Source: Truepera sp. (GTDB taxonomy: Bacteria; Deinococcota; Deinococci; Deinococcales; Trueperaceae). From it: DNA of 64,000 bases. Made by a program: the position numbers and the translations under genes. The notes below the pieces were generated by a model, which had not been told where the DNA came from, did not search any database, and worked only from the letters and a program-made list of their open reading frames with translations. The stretch is taken from assembly GCA_965218435.1 (NCBI GenBank), contig CBDCKW010000009.1, positions 3,808,001 through 3,872,000 of the forward strand. The letters run 5' to 3'. Each line of letters starts with the position of its first letter. Positions within the stretch are counted from its first letter, which is position 1. Positions 19,687-29,931 of this stretch are shown here, in pieces.

Positions 19687-20637
19687 GTGGACAGACCCGC
19701 CGCTCGAGCCTGGGAGGGTGACCGCAGCAAAGTCCGGTATCCGGACCCGGCGATTGAAATACTAGACGAACGGTTTCGCTCGCTGGTCGTCAACAACGAC
19801 GCGATTGAACAGCTGTGGACCGGTGGGCGCTGGTTAGAAGGCCCGGTCTGGTTTGGTGACGGCCGCTATCTGCTCTTTTCCGACATCCCCAACAACCGCC
19901 TGCTCTGCTGGAGCGAAGTCACCGGTGAAGTTACAGTATTTCGTCAGCCCTCGAACAACAGCAACGGCAATACCAGAGACCGGCAGGGCCGCCTCGTGAC
20001 CTGCGAGCACCTGACGCGCCGCGTCACCCGCACCGAATACGACGGTGCTGTAAGCGTTTTGCTGAGTAGCTATGGCGGCAAACCGCTCAACGCGCCCAAC
20101 GATGTGGTGGCGCACTCCGACGGGTCGGTGTGGTTTACCGATCCGGGTTGGGGGATTGAGGGCCACTACGAAGGGAATAAAGTCGTTAAAGAGTTACCCC
20201 GCTACGTCTACCGGGTTGACCCCGATACCGGTGAGGGAACGCCGGTTATCGCTGAGATGGACCGGCCGAACGGCCTCTGTTTTTCGCCTGACGAGACCAA
20301 ACTGTATGTTGTTGACATTGATCAAATACGGGTCTTCGAGATGGACGGGAGAGTTCCGGTGAACGGCCGCGTGTTTGTCCCGAACAGTTCAGGCTTTTTT
20401 GACGGAATTCGTACCGATCAGGATGGTCATCTCTGGGCTAGCGCGGGCGGGGGCGGTGCGGGCTTTGATGGCGTGCACTGCTACAGCCCCGAAGGGCAGC
20501 TGTTAGGGCAGCTTCACCTACCGGAGTCGTGTGCGAACCTCTGCTTCGGCGGGGTCAAGAAGAACCGGCTGTTTATAACGGCCAGCCGGTCGCTCTACAG
20601 CGTTTACGTCGAGGCGTTAGGGGCACAGTACCCCTGA
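19687..20637 (+). CDS. SMP-30/gluconolactonase family protein
   Basis: EGPVW, FSDIPNN, NAPNDVV, PNGLCFSPDE, DGIRTD. Confidence 0.9.
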   Translation: MDRPAARAWEGDRSKVRYPDPAIEILDERFRSLVVNNDAIEQLWTGGRWLEGPVWFGDGRYLLFSDIPNNRLLCWSEVTGEVTVFRQPSNNSNGNTRDRQGRLVTCEHLTRRVTRTEYDGAVSVLLSSYGGKPLNAPNDVVAHSDGSVWFTDPGWGIEGHYEGNKVVKELPRYVYRVDPDTGEGTPVIAEMDRPNGLCFSPDETKLYVVDIDQIRVFEMDGRVPVNGRVFVPNSSGFFDGIRTDQDGHLWASAGGGGAGFDGVHCYSPEGQLLGQLHLPESCANLCFGGVKKNRLFITASRSLYSVYVEALGAQYP

Positions 20638-20676
20638 ATAGCCGACGTTTGTAAGCTGGTCAACTAGACTACGCTC

Positions 20677-21582
20677 ATGCTCCCTATCGTTTCGACGCTG
20701 CTCAGCGTTGTTTTACCCGCGTTTTTTGTGATGGGTGTCGGAGCCCTGATCAGCTACGCCATAAAGCCTGATATCACCTCGCTCAACCGGTTGGCACTCT
20801 ACGCGACGACGCCTGCGCTGGTTTTTAGTTCGCTTCAAGAAACGGCTTTGGGCGCGGGCAGCGCCTTGAGGCTGCTGAGCGCCTTTTTTCTGATGTTAGT
20901 AGCGATGCTGGCGATCTCGAGCCTAGCCAGCCGTCATCTGCCCATAAGCTCGAGGCGCGGCGTGATTGCTACCAGTTTATTTGTCAACAGCGCCAACCTG
21001 ATGCTCCCGGTCACGCTGTTTGCACTCGGTCAAGCCGGGGTCGCGCGGGCGCTCATCTTGTACGTCGTCACAACGGTGCTGCTCTACCTGGTCTGCCCGC
21101 TTGTCTTTGCCCAGCAGACCTTTGGGCGAATGCTGCGCTCGGTCGCGGCGCTGCCGGTCGTCTGGGCGGCGCTGCTGGCGTGCTTCTTTAACATCCTGGG
21201 TTGGTCATTGCCGCTAGGCGTGACGCGGGGCGTTGACCTCTTGGCTGGCGCTGCGATTCCGCTCGTGCTGCTGGTTTTAGGGATGCAGCTTCAGCGTGCC
21301 GGATTGCCCGTACCTAACGGCGTCAACTGGCTCTCGCTGGGGCTCAAACTTGTAGTTGGCCCGGTCGTCGCCTTCGCTGCAGGCTCCGTGGTCGGTTTGA
21401 CCGGGCTCGACCTCGCCGTGATTACCCTGTTCGGTTCGATGCCGCCCGCCGTGATGGTGTTTATGCTGGCGCTCGAGTTCTCCGACAATCCCGAAGAGGT
21501 CGCGCGTACGGTCGTCGTTTCCACGCTCGGCGCACTCGTGTCGGTGTCGGTGGTCGTGACGCTGATAAGACAGATGCTGTAG
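20677..21582 (+). CDS. AEC (auxin efflux carrier/Mem_trans) family transporter
   Basis: About 10 TM segments; PALVFSSL, NSANLMLP, AIPLVLLVLG, MPPAV. Confidence 0.85.
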   Translation: MLPIVSTLLSVVLPAFFVMGVGALISYAIKPDITSLNRLALYATTPALVFSSLQETALGAGSALRLLSAFFLMLVAMLAISSLASRHLPISSRRGVIATSLFVNSANLMLPVTLFALGQAGVARALILYVVTTVLLYLVCPLVFAQQTFGRMLRSVAALPVVWAALLACFFNILGWSLPLGVTRGVDLLAGAAIPLVLLVLGMQLQRAGLPVPNGVNWLSLGLKLVVGPVVAFAAGSVVGLTGLDLAVITLFGSMPPAVMVFMLALEFSDNPEEVARTVVVSTLGALVSVSVVVTLIRQML

Positions 21583-21611
21583 CTGTCCGTGCTCAGGCCC
21601 CATAACGCGAC

Positions 21612-22007
21612 CTAGAGCCGAAACCCCCCTGGCAACAGGCCAGAGACCGTCCACGTCCTGACATCGCCCTGGTCGTTGACCAGATAGACTGCCGCGTCTT
21701 CGGCAAATTCAAACAAAACCTGACGGCACGCCCCGCAGGGGCTCGCGGGTTCGGCGGCGGTCGTGTAGACGACGATTTCGCTAAAATGTCGTTCGCCAGC
21801 CGAGGCCATTGCCTGCACCGCCGACTGCTCGGCGCAGCGCCCGAGGCCGTACGAGGCGTTTTCGATGTTGGCCCCCGCGTAAACTGTACCGCTTTCGGCC
21901 CGTAGCGCCGCCCCGACGTGAAACCCGGAATAGGGCGCGTAGGCGTTGTGGTGAGCGGTTTTAGCAGCTTGGAGGAGGTCTTCGGGAGGCGTTGGGGTGT
22001 TGGGCAT
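21612..22007 (-). CDS. cdd: Cytidine deaminase
   Basis: AYAPYSGFHVGAA, NIENASY, CAE, SPCGACRQ. Confidence 0.95.
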   Translation of the reverse strand: MPNTPTPPEDLLQAAKTAHHNAYAPYSGFHVGAALRAESGTVYAGANIENASYGLGRCAEQSAVQAMASAGERHFSEIVVYTTAAEPASPCGACRQVLFEFAEDAAVYLVNDQGDVRTWTVSGLLPGGFRL

Positions 22008-22107
22008 AGCTTAGTTTATAGGCTACTTGGAGCGTGTTCCGGCGTTGTTCCACTGCGGGCTCGGTCTATTGTGCTCAGAGGCTCGAGTACGCTGTTACAC
22101 TCGTCAG

Positions 22108-23292
22108 ATGGTTAGTGACTCGAGCCTGTCCCCGGTGACATCAGCCAAATACGGTAATACCTCAGCGCCTTTACACTTCGCTACGCACTGGCTTACTCGG
22201 CGAAGGTTGCTGAGAGCACTCTTTTTGAGCTTATTACTCATTTCCCAGAGTCACGCCCAAACTCCAGGTACGACACCTGAGTATGGGTACCTCGAGGGCC
22301 GCATCACCCAGATTACAGCGCAGACGGCGACTGTCGTTTTAGGGGACGGAACAGAGGTCAAAGCGACGCTCGGGACGCCGCTACCCGGCGATAGCACCAT
22401 CCCCTTACCGAAGTTTAAGGTAGGGGAGCGGGTCGAGCTGTACTACTCCCCGGCTCCCGGTTCAAAAGAACGGCAGTACGCCGTCTCCGACTGGGTGCGG
22501 CGGCCCGCTCTGGGTTGGCTGACCGTACTTTTTTTGGTCGTCTCAGTCGGTGTCGCCCGCTTCAAGGGACTGCGGGCGTTTGTGGCCACCGGCAGCAGCT
22601 TAGTTATCGTGATGCTTTTTATCGTACCTAAAATCTTGGCGGGTTGGAACCCGGTGGTGGTCTCTCTTTTGGGGGTCGGTGGCATCTTGATTTTGGCTAT
22701 CTACTTTGTCCACGGTCTCAGCTGGAGTACGACGGCGGCGCTGCTCGGCACCTTTGCCGCAGTACTCGTTACGATGCTTTTAGGGATTGTCTTTACCCAT
22801 TGGGCGCACCTGACCGGCTTCGGGTCGGAAGAGGCGATGATGATCACCTTCGGCGCAGGGCAAGTTGACCTTAAAGGGCTACTCTTAGCCGGACTGCTGA
22901 TCGGGGCGCTCGGGGCGCTGACCGATATTACGATTGTGCAGGCGAGTGTGATTCGGGAACTCGCGCACGTCAACCCCGGGTTTAGGCTCCGTGAGCTTTA
23001 TGAGCGTGGGATGAACGTCGGGCTCGACCATATCGGCTCACTTGTGAATACCTTGGTACTGGCGTATACGGGCGCGGCGTTGCCGCTATTCCTGCTGCTG
23101 AGCATCAACAATTTTTCGGTCGCGCGGGCACTTAACTTGGAACTCGTCGCCTCGGAGGTCGTGCATACGCTGGTAGGGTCGATCGGGCTGGTGTTGGCGG
23201 TACCGTTTACCACCTTTGTCGCGGCGCTGCTGTTTCGTGGGGACAAACTGCCGCTCTTGGAGGGGGAGCTCGAGCACGCGCATCATCACTAG
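22108..23292 (+). CDS. YibE/F family membrane protein with C-terminal His tail
   Basis: GALTDITIVQAS, G.DHIGSLVNTLVLAYTG, GSIGLVLAVP; ends EHAHHH; TACACT 6 nt before ATG 22108. Confidence 0.85.
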   Translation: MVSDSSLSPVTSAKYGNTSAPLHFATHWLTRRRLLRALFLSLLLISQSHAQTPGTTPEYGYLEGRITQITAQTATVVLGDGTEVKATLGTPLPGDSTIPLPKFKVGERVELYYSPAPGSKERQYAVSDWVRRPALGWLTVLFLVVSVGVARFKGLRAFVATGSSLVIVMLFIVPKILAGWNPVVVSLLGVGGILILAIYFVHGLSWSTTAALLGTFAAVLVTMLLGIVFTHWAHLTGFGSEEAMMITFGAGQVDLKGLLLAGLLIGALGALTDITIVQASVIRELAHVNPGFRLRELYERGMNVGLDHIGSLVNTLVLAYTGAALPLFLLLSINNFSVARALNLELVASEVVHTLVGSIGLVLAVPFTTFVAALLFRGDKLPLLEGELEHAHHH

Positions 23293-23341
23293 CCTTTGTG
23301 CTCATAAAGCTGCGCTCATAAAGTTGCCCTGAGACAAGCGA

Positions 23342-23387
23342 AACTCATCTCGTCCAAGTGAGCACGGAGCTATGGACCAGATGAGTT
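23342..23387. terminator. Hairpin between convergent genes
   Basis: aactcatct-c-gtcca ... tggac-c-agatgagtt inverted repeat. Confidence 0.4.
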
Positions 23388-23425
23388 GGAGCGTGGTTTA
23401 GCTGGCTGAACGTTACTTTTTACTG

Positions 23426-24307
23426 TTACTGCGCCGTATTGCCTAAAGCCGTCACCAGAGTGTGCGCGTTATAGCGCATCAAATCGGCGTAACTTTGAGT
23501 CTCTTCACCGCCGCCTAGCGGGTCCAAGATATAGAGCGGCAACCCGGCACTTTCCGCGACGACCTCGGCGGGGCGCTTGGGTAACTCGGGCTCGCTGAAG
23601 ATGGCTTTGGCACCGCTCCCTTTGATAAGAGATAAGGCGTCGGCGATATACGCGGGGCTCGGCTCACGCCCCGGCGCGGGCTCGATCTCGACGACGAGAT
23701 TGAGGCCGAAACGCCGTGCGAAGTAGGGCCACGCGTCGTGAAACGGCACGAAGGCTGCACCCTTGAGCGGCGCGAGCATCTTTTGCAGTTCGTTCGTGAG
23801 CGTCCCCAACTCTTCGACAACTTTTTTACCGTTCGCCTGGTAGTCAGTGGCGTGCTCCGGGTCTATGTTCACCAACTGGTCAACTATGAGCGGCACGGCT
23901 TGCTTCATCAGCACAGGGTCGAGCCAGATGTGCGGATTAACGCCCTTAAGCGCCTTTTCAGAAGTTTCGTCGTCTCCGGCAACCGGTTTGAAGTCGAGCT
24001 CGGTCATGACCTCGAGCATCGGCGCGTCGGTGCCGCTCGAGGCTACTAAGTCGGTGAGCCAACCATCCAACACGCCGTTAAAGACCACGAGGTCGGCGTC
24101 TGCCACCTTTACGACATCTTGCGGCGTCGGGTCAAACGTATGCGGTGACGCCCCGGAGGGGAGCAGCTGCACGACGGTAGCGTCTTGACCGGCGATTTCT
24201 TGAACCAGCGCGGCGTAAGGGTGAATAGAGGTCACTACGGTGACAGTCGGCTGTGCCCAGGCCGCAGCGCCCACCCAGGCCAATAACAAACATAACAACA
24301 TTCTCAT
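23426..24307 (-). CDS. Cluster A-I metal (Zn/Mn) substrate-binding protein, ZnuA-like
   Basis: SPHTFDP, NPHIWLDP, FHDAWPYF, LDPLG; signal peptide. Confidence 0.9.
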   Translation of the reverse strand: MRMLLCLLLAWVGAAAWAQPTVTVVTSIHPYAALVQEIAGQDATVVQLLPSGASPHTFDPTPQDVVKVADADLVVFNGVLDGWLTDLVASSGTDAPMLEVMTELDFKPVAGDDETSEKALKGVNPHIWLDPVLMKQAVPLIVDQLVNIDPEHATDYQANGKKVVEELGTLTNELQKMLAPLKGAAFVPFHDAWPYFARRFGLNLVVEIEPAPGREPSPAYIADALSLIKGSGAKAIFSEPELPKRPAEVVAESAGLPLYILDPLGGGEETQSYADLMRYNAHTLVTALGNTAQ

Positions 24308-24340
24308 AAACTTAACTCCTCTGTCTTCTATTTCTGCAAA

Positions 24341-24356
24341 TGAGAATAGATTCTCA
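24341..24356. promoter_or_regulatory. Fur/Zur-type operator palindrome
   Basis: TGAGAAT-AG-ATTCTCA, perfect 7-2-7 palindrome ~35 nt upstream of the metal-binding protein gene. Confidence 0.65.
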
Positions 24357-24460
24357 AGTGCGATGGTAGTTTAGCCGCTAAAAGCGTAAAAAGCAAGGGT
24401 CGGCGCGTTTCCGGTCCAGCCAGCCGTTTCGGGACGGCCTAGCTGTTGCCGTCTTGCGTC

Positions 24461-24533
24461 GTCTGACAAGATGATCTGACAGGGTGGTCAAACAAGGCGG
24501 TCAGCTAAGGGGGTCTGACAAAAGGCTGACGAA
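24461..24533 (+). repeat. Five degenerate 13-bp tandem repeats upstream of pstS (candidate Pho regulator sites)
   Basis: gtctgacaagatg / atctgacagggtg / gtcaaacaaggcg / gtcagctaagggg / gtctgacaaaagg, then ctgac 11 nt after the last. Confidence 0.6.
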
Positions 24534-24580
24534 ACCCCCTTATCTTGACCCTGTACGGCTTATTCTTTTTAGGAGGACAG

Positions 24581-25642
24581 ATGAAAAAGCTTTTTGCACT
24601 TCTCGCGCTCACCCTAAGCGTCGCCTTTGCCCAAGATATCAACGGGGCCGGCGCGACCTTCCCCGATCCGCTCTACCAAAAGATGTTTTCCGTTTACAAC
24701 CAAGACTTCGGGATTCAGGTGAACTACCAGGCGATTGGGTCGGGCGGGGGCCGCAGCGCCCTCCTCGACCAAACGGTGGATTTTGCCGGTACCGACGCCT
24801 ACTTTGGCGATGAAGAAATGGCAAGTGCTCCGGGCCAGATTTTGCACATCCCGATGGCTGAAGGTGCCGTGGTGTTGGCCTACACCTTTGCGCCACTTGC
24901 CGAAGCTCCGGCAGACGGCCTAGTTTTAGACGGCCCGACGGTCGCGGACATTTTCCTCGGGAACATCACCCGGTGGAACGACGACGCGATTGCCCAGTTG
25001 AACCCAAACGCCGCCTTGCCCGACCTGCCGATTACCGTCGCGCACCGCTCGGACGGTTCAGGGACGACCTCAATCTTTGTGGACTACCTCGCTAAAGTTT
25101 CTGAGCAGTGGGCGAGCGACATCAACACCGGCCCCGAGACCAGCGTCAATTGGCCGGTCGGCATCGGAGGAGACGGTAACCCCGGCGTTGCCAGCATCGT
25201 CGCTGATACCCCCGGCGCAATTGGTTACGTGGGACTCGAGTACGCCGAAGCTAACAATCTCGCCTACACGAATATGATCAACGCCTCCGGGAACACCGTC
25301 GAGCCCACGCTCGACGCGGTGGCTGCCGCAGCCGACATCGAGTTGCCAGACGACCTGCGCGCCACCTTTACCAACTCGGATACGCCGGGCGCGTGGCCGA
25401 TCGCAGGCTTTACCTGGATTACGCTCTATCAAGACCAGAACTACAACGGGCGTAGCGAAGCGCAAGCCCAGCAGACGGTCAACCTCGTCAACTGGATGCT
25501 GACCAAAGGCCAGCAGTATAACAACCCGCTGAACTACGGCCAGATTACCGGAAGCGTACAGAAACGGGCGGAAGAAATCCTCGGTACGGTGACCTATGGC
25601 GGTCAGGCCCTGACGCCCGCAGCGCCGAGCCCCAGCAACTAG
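24581..25642 (+). CDS. pstS: Phosphate ABC transporter substrate-binding protein
   Basis: GAGATFP, YQAIGSGGG, HRSDGSGTT; AGGAGG RBS before ATG 24581. Confidence 0.95.
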   Translation: MKKLFALLALTLSVAFAQDINGAGATFPDPLYQKMFSVYNQDFGIQVNYQAIGSGGGRSALLDQTVDFAGTDAYFGDEEMASAPGQILHIPMAEGAVVLAYTFAPLAEAPADGLVLDGPTVADIFLGNITRWNDDAIAQLNPNAALPDLPITVAHRSDGSGTTSIFVDYLAKVSEQWASDINTGPETSVNWPVGIGGDGNPGVASIVADTPGAIGYVGLEYAEANNLAYTNMINASGNTVEPTLDAVAAAADIELPDDLRATFTNSDTPGAWPIAGFTWITLYQDQNYNGRSEAQAQQTVNLVNWMLTKGQQYNNPLNYGQITGSVQKRAEEILGTVTYGGQALTPAAPSPSN

Positions 25643-25663
25643 CCTAACTACCTCTTCGTTTTA

Positions 25664-25690
25664 GGTTGGCCTCCGGGCCAACCGCTTTTC
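25664..25690 (+). terminator. Hairpin after pstS
   Basis: ggttggcc-tccg-ggccaacc followed by gctttt. Confidence 0.55.
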
Positions 25691-25837
25691 ATATTTTGAT
25701 TACGCCTTTTGACTATGCCCAACTTACGATGCTTTTTACAGTGCTTTGACAGAAGTGCTCTAAGCTAGACAATATGTTACGGATACAAAGTTGAATCCAC
25801 CGGGACGAAATGAGGTTCTGATGAGCGAGGTTATAGT

Positions 25838-26830
25838 GTGAGTGATACCCAGTCAGGCGTTGTCCGGAATGTTAACGTCGTGCCGGAGCGGGAGCGGTTG
25901 CGGCGCTCGAGGCTGCTGAGCGGTGATCGCGTGTTTAGCAGCTTGATCTTGTTTCTGGCCCTGCTCGTCTTGTCGGTGTCGGGACTGATCGTCTACGTCC
26001 TCGTGCGGCGCGGTCAGCTCGCCTTCAGCACCTTTGGACCCTTCGGTCTGCTGTTTAGCAGCGACTGGAATCCGCCGCGCGGTCAGTATGGGGCACTTCC
26101 TTTTTTAATCGGGACGCTGATTACGAGTTTAGGCGCACTGGTCTTATCGGTGCCGCTGGCAGTGGCCGCCGCGCTGTTTGTGACCGAGTACGCGCCGCGC
26201 TGGTTGGCTGAACCAATCAGTTACCTGATTGAGCTCTTGGCCGCGATTCCCAGCGTCGTTTACGGCTTTTGGGGCGTTGCGGTGATGGTGCCGTTTATCC
26301 GGCAGCTCGAGCTCGCCGTCATTCAAACGCCGGGCCTTAACCGCGTGCCCTTTTTACGCGGCGCACCGATCGGCTACGGTCTGCTCGCCGCCATTTTTAT
26401 TTTGGCCATCATGATCGTGCCGTATACGACCGCAGTTGCTAGAGACGTCATCCGGCTCGTTCCGCGCGACCAACGCGAAGCCGCCTACGCGCTCGGCGCA
26501 ACCAAGTGGGAGGTGCTCCGCTCCGCCGTACTACCTTACGCGCGCGCCGGGATTTTTGGCGGTGTGATCTTGAGTTTGGGCCGCGCCCTCGGTGAAACGA
26601 TTGCTGTCACGATGGTCATCGGTAACGCGACGCGTATCCCTGATACGCTCTTTTCAACCGCCGCGACCATGCCGAGTATTATCGCCTCGCAGTTTCCCGA
26701 GGCGAACGACCCGCTGATGCGCTCGAGCCTTATCGCCATCGGTCTCTACTTGTTTTTTGCCACCTTACTGATCAATATCGCCGCACGCTGGGTGATCTAC
26801 CGGCTGAGTCCTAAAGGGATCAGTGTATGA
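25838..26830 (+). CDS. pstC: Phosphate ABC permease PstC
   Basis: ELLAAIPSVVYGFWG, REAAYALGATKWE, GRALGETIAV. Confidence 0.95.
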   Translation: MSDTQSGVVRNVNVVPERERLRRSRLLSGDRVFSSLILFLALLVLSVSGLIVYVLVRRGQLAFSTFGPFGLLFSSDWNPPRGQYGALPFLIGTLITSLGALVLSVPLAVAAALFVTEYAPRWLAEPISYLIELLAAIPSVVYGFWGVAVMVPFIRQLELAVIQTPGLNRVPFLRGAPIGYGLLAAIFILAIMIVPYTTAVARDVIRLVPRDQREAAYALGATKWEVLRSAVLPYARAGIFGGVILSLGRALGETIAVTMVIGNATRIPDTLFSTAATMPSIIASQFPEANDPLMRSSLIAIGLYLFFATLLINIAARWVIYRLSPKGISV

Positions 26831-27678
26831 GTCAGGCGCGTCTGCCAAACACGCACAAGGGCCGCCGCCGCGTCTCTAACGTCGTAGCAGCTTTGCTGGT
26901 CGCACTGTTGACCCTGGTCGTGTTGCTCCCGCTTTTTTTGGTCTTGTATTACCTGCTGATCGAAGGACTGCCTGCGTTTAACTTGGAGCTTTTCCGTATC
27001 CCTCAAGGGGGCGACCTCGTAGGCCGGATCGGCCACGCGATCGTCGGGACGGGTATCTTGGTCGCAATTGCTACGGTGATCGGCGCAACGCTGGGCATCG
27101 CTACGGGCATCTTTATCGTCGAATTTAATACGCACCCCCTGGTGAGACCTGTGCGGCTGATGGCCGACGTGTTGTTAGGCGTTCCCGCGATCGTGATGGG
27201 CCTGGTTGCTTACGGCTTGCTCGTTGTTGGCGGCGGCTACAGCGCCTGGTCGGGCGGGTTCGCGCTCGGGCTGATTATGATTCCCTACGTCACGCGTGCA
27301 ACCGAAGAAGTACTTAAGCTCGTTCCCCGGAGTTTGCGCGAGGCTGGGTACGCGCTCGGGCTCCCGAAGTGGCGCATCACGCTCTTTATCGTCCTACCCA
27401 GCGCCGTTAACGGCATCGTTACCGGGACGCTGCTCGCGGTTGCTCGTATTGCAGGAGAGGCCGCGCCGCTGCTCTTTACTGCTTTTGGCAACAACTTTTT
27501 TAACACCAACCCTAGTCAGCCGATTCAGGCACTGCCCCTGCTCATCTACCGCTACGCCCGCTATCCCGATCCCGGACTCGTTAAAACCGCCTGGGCCACC
27601 TCGTTATTTCTCGTTTTTCTCGTGCTGATCACTACGCTGATCACCCGCTACGTGTTTAGAGGACGTGTGACCCGATGA
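26827..27678 (+). CDS. pstA: Phosphate ABC permease PstA
   Basis: [27 protein letters not shown]. Confidence 0.95.
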   Translation: MSQARLPNTHKGRRRVSNVVAALLVALLTLVVLLPLFLVLYYLLIEGLPAFNLELFRIPQGGDLVGRIGHAIVGTGILVAIATVIGATLGIATGIFIVEFNTHPLVRPVRLMADVLLGVPAIVMGLVAYGLLVVGGGYSAWSGGFALGLIMIPYVTRATEEVLKLVPRSLREAGYALGLPKWRITLFIVLPSAVNGIVTGTLLAVARIAGEAAPLLFTAFGNNFFNTNPSQPIQALPLLIYRYARYPDPGLVKTAWATSLFLVFLVLITTLITRYVFRGRVTR

Positions 27679-28532
27679 CGCAAGTACAGCCACAAAAACA
27701 AACTCGAGCGCCGACACGAGCTGACGAAGCGGGCGCTACCACCAGAGACACGCTGGTCGCTGCTGAAAATGTCAGCGTGTTTTACGGCAACTTTCAGGCG
27801 GTGCGTTTTGTCACGCTCGAGATCGAACCCAACACCGTCACGGCGCTGATCGGCCCGTCGGGGTGCGGCAAGACGACCTTTTTACGGGCGCTCAACCGGA
27901 TGCACGACCTGACGCCCGGTGCCCGCATCGAAGGTAAACTGAGTTTTCACGGGCAGAATATTTACAGTAAAAATGTAGACGCCGTAGACGTGCGCCGCCG
28001 CATCGGGATGGTGTTTCAAAAACCCAACCCGTTTCCCACGATGAGCATCTACGAAAACGTCGTTTCGGGTCTTAAACTAGCCGGTGTCCGTAACAGAGCG
28101 CAGCTAGACGAGGTGGTCGAACGTTCGCTCAAACAAGCTGCGCTCTGGGACGAGGTCAAAGACCGGCTGAAAACGCCTGCGACCGGTCTTTCGGGTGGTC
28201 AACAGCAGCGCCTCTGCATCGCCCGGTCGCTCGCCGTAGAGCCGGAGGTATTGCTGATGGACGAGCCCACCTCGGCGCTCGACCCGCAATCTACGCAGCG
28301 GATTGAAGAGCTGATGGAAACGCTTAAAAAAGAGGTCACTATCATTATCGTGACGCACAACTTGCAGCAAGCGGGCCGCGTCTCAGACCGTACGGCGTTT
28401 TTTCTCTTGGACCAGTCGGTTTTGTCCCAAGAGGGCTCGAGTAGCCTCATCGAGTTCGACGCGACCGACAAGCTTTTTACCAATCCGAGTGACCCGCGTA
28501 CCGAAGCGTATATTACCGGGCGGTTCGGTTAG
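27675..28532 (+). CDS. pstB: Phosphate ABC ATPase PstB
   Basis: [36 protein letters not shown]. Confidence 0.96.
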   Translation: MTQVQPQKQTRAPTRADEAGATTRDTLVAAENVSVFYGNFQAVRFVTLEIEPNTVTALIGPSGCGKTTFLRALNRMHDLTPGARIEGKLSFHGQNIYSKNVDAVDVRRRIGMVFQKPNPFPTMSIYENVVSGLKLAGVRNRAQLDEVVERSLKQAALWDEVKDRLKTPATGLSGGQQQRLCIARSLAVEPEVLLMDEPTSALDPQSTQRIEELMETLKKEVTIIIVTHNLQQAGRVSDRTAFFLLDQSVLSQEGSSSLIEFDATDKLFTNPSDPRTEAYITGRFG

Positions 28533-28748
28533 GCGTTTAGTTGGGCTAGGCCAAGCCAGCCGACTGTGGTGGGTCACTTCAGCGCCTACGTCTGCATGTA
28601 CGGTTGCGGCCTCAAAGGGCGGAGATAACGACGGCTACTGTGACTGCTGTAAGCGTGACCCTTACAGTTGGGCGGAGACTGGCGTTGCGGTTGCTTTGAG
28701 CTGGGACCAGCCGCGTTTAAGAGCGGCGCATCCCTTTTGAGTTTTGCT

Positions 28749-29612
28749 TTACTGGCGAAAAAATGCCCAGATCGCTGCTGTCGCATCGAAATCGGACGTC
28801 TCCGGCCTTGGCCAGCGATGTTCGCCTCTACTAAGAGCATAAAGTGCTAAGCGGTCACCGGCGGGGCACCCTGTAAAGGTGATGAGGCGAACCTCTGTTT
28901 TGGGATTCGCTTGGACGGTGGGTAAGGCAGTCGTCTCGAGGTCGGCACTGCATCCCATATAGTTCGCCCAAAATTCGAGCGTCTGCGGGACTGAATAGAG
29001 AATCGGAATGTGCCTGCCCGCAACCTCACGTGTCAACCCGTCCCAGGGGACGTTGGTATCGGCTGTACCGTGAACGAAAAGAAACGTAAGTGGGTACGCG
29101 CCAGGACACGTTTCGGCCATACCGCCAAAGCCGGTTGCCGCAACCGCCGCAAAGCCTGCGTAACGCTCTGGGGTGCTACACGCCAGCCGCTCGGTCATAA
29201 AACCACCATTGGAAAACCCAACAACGTAAAGGCGTTGGGGGTCGATACGGACTTCCCCACTAATTTTCCGCACGAGGGCGTCTAAAAATGCTACGTCGTC
29301 AGGTGCATTTTCAGGATACCCCGGAATCCCTGCGGTATAGTTCCATTCGCCACCTTCCGCGTCGGGGTAGAGCACGACAAAATCTTCTTGTTCAGCTAAG
29401 CGGTTAAATCCGGTACGTTTCGCCATAGCTGCGCCTGTCTCGGCCCTACCGTGAAGTGCGATCACCAGGGGTAGCGGTGCGTCTTTCTGGGACTGCGGAA
29501 CGAAGACCTCATAGTGCCGCGTCAGTCCAGCCGCCTCGAGGTTGCCTGATTGCAGGCCAGCCGCACTGACCCAGCCGAGTACAAGAAAAGTAACAATACC
29601 TAGCGGTCGCAT
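28749..29612 (-). CDS. Secreted PHB-depolymerase/LpqC-family esterase
   Basis: PLVIALHG, DDVAFL, GFSNGG nucleophile, HGTAD, H.WP. Confidence 0.85.
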   Translation of the reverse strand: MRPLGIVTFLVLGWVSAAGLQSGNLEAAGLTRHYEVFVPQSQKDAPLPLVIALHGRAETGAAMAKRTGFNRLAEQEDFVVLYPDAEGGEWNYTAGIPGYPENAPDDVAFLDALVRKISGEVRIDPQRLYVVGFSNGGFMTERLACSTPERYAGFAAVAATGFGGMAETCPGAYPLTFLFVHGTADTNVPWDGLTREVAGRHIPILYSVPQTLEFWANYMGCSADLETTALPTVQANPKTEVRLITFTGCPAGDRLALYALSRGEHRWPRPETSDFDATAAIWAFFRQ

Positions 29613-29931
29613 AAACTGTTATAACGCGTTCGTAAAGGGTTGGCCGCAACTAACGATGACGGCACGACAAGCTAAAAGCTGCCACGCAAGTCTGTAGCGT
29701 AGCCCCAAAGCGAGCCGTGCTTTGGTCTTAGCTCGCACCGCTGCTGTCCGGGCATTACCTCTGCTTCTCTTAAACGGCTACTTGCCACCTTGCCCCACAC
29801 GGTATTTTTGCAGTCCGACGCGTTATCTTCTTAACTACGCTGCGGCCTTGCGGGTGCTCGCATAATGTGCTCTTGCAGCGCCGTTATCTTTGTAAGGATT
29901 TTGTCAGCCGCGTACTGTTACGCTGGCCTTT

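Noticed and set aside
24461..24533. Short repeats as a possible CRISPR array
   Set aside because: 13-bp abutting units with no spacers and no cas genes; no CRISPR-like array seen anywhere in the window.
28533..28748. Small ORFs between pstB and the esterase gene
   Set aside because: Several overlapping short frames with no RBS, -10 box or recognisable motif.
29613..29931. Long spacer upstream of the GGDEF/EAL gene as a possible riboswitch
   Set aside because: No recognisable aptamer consensus, and the gene appears leaderless; an Infernal/Rfam scan would settle it.
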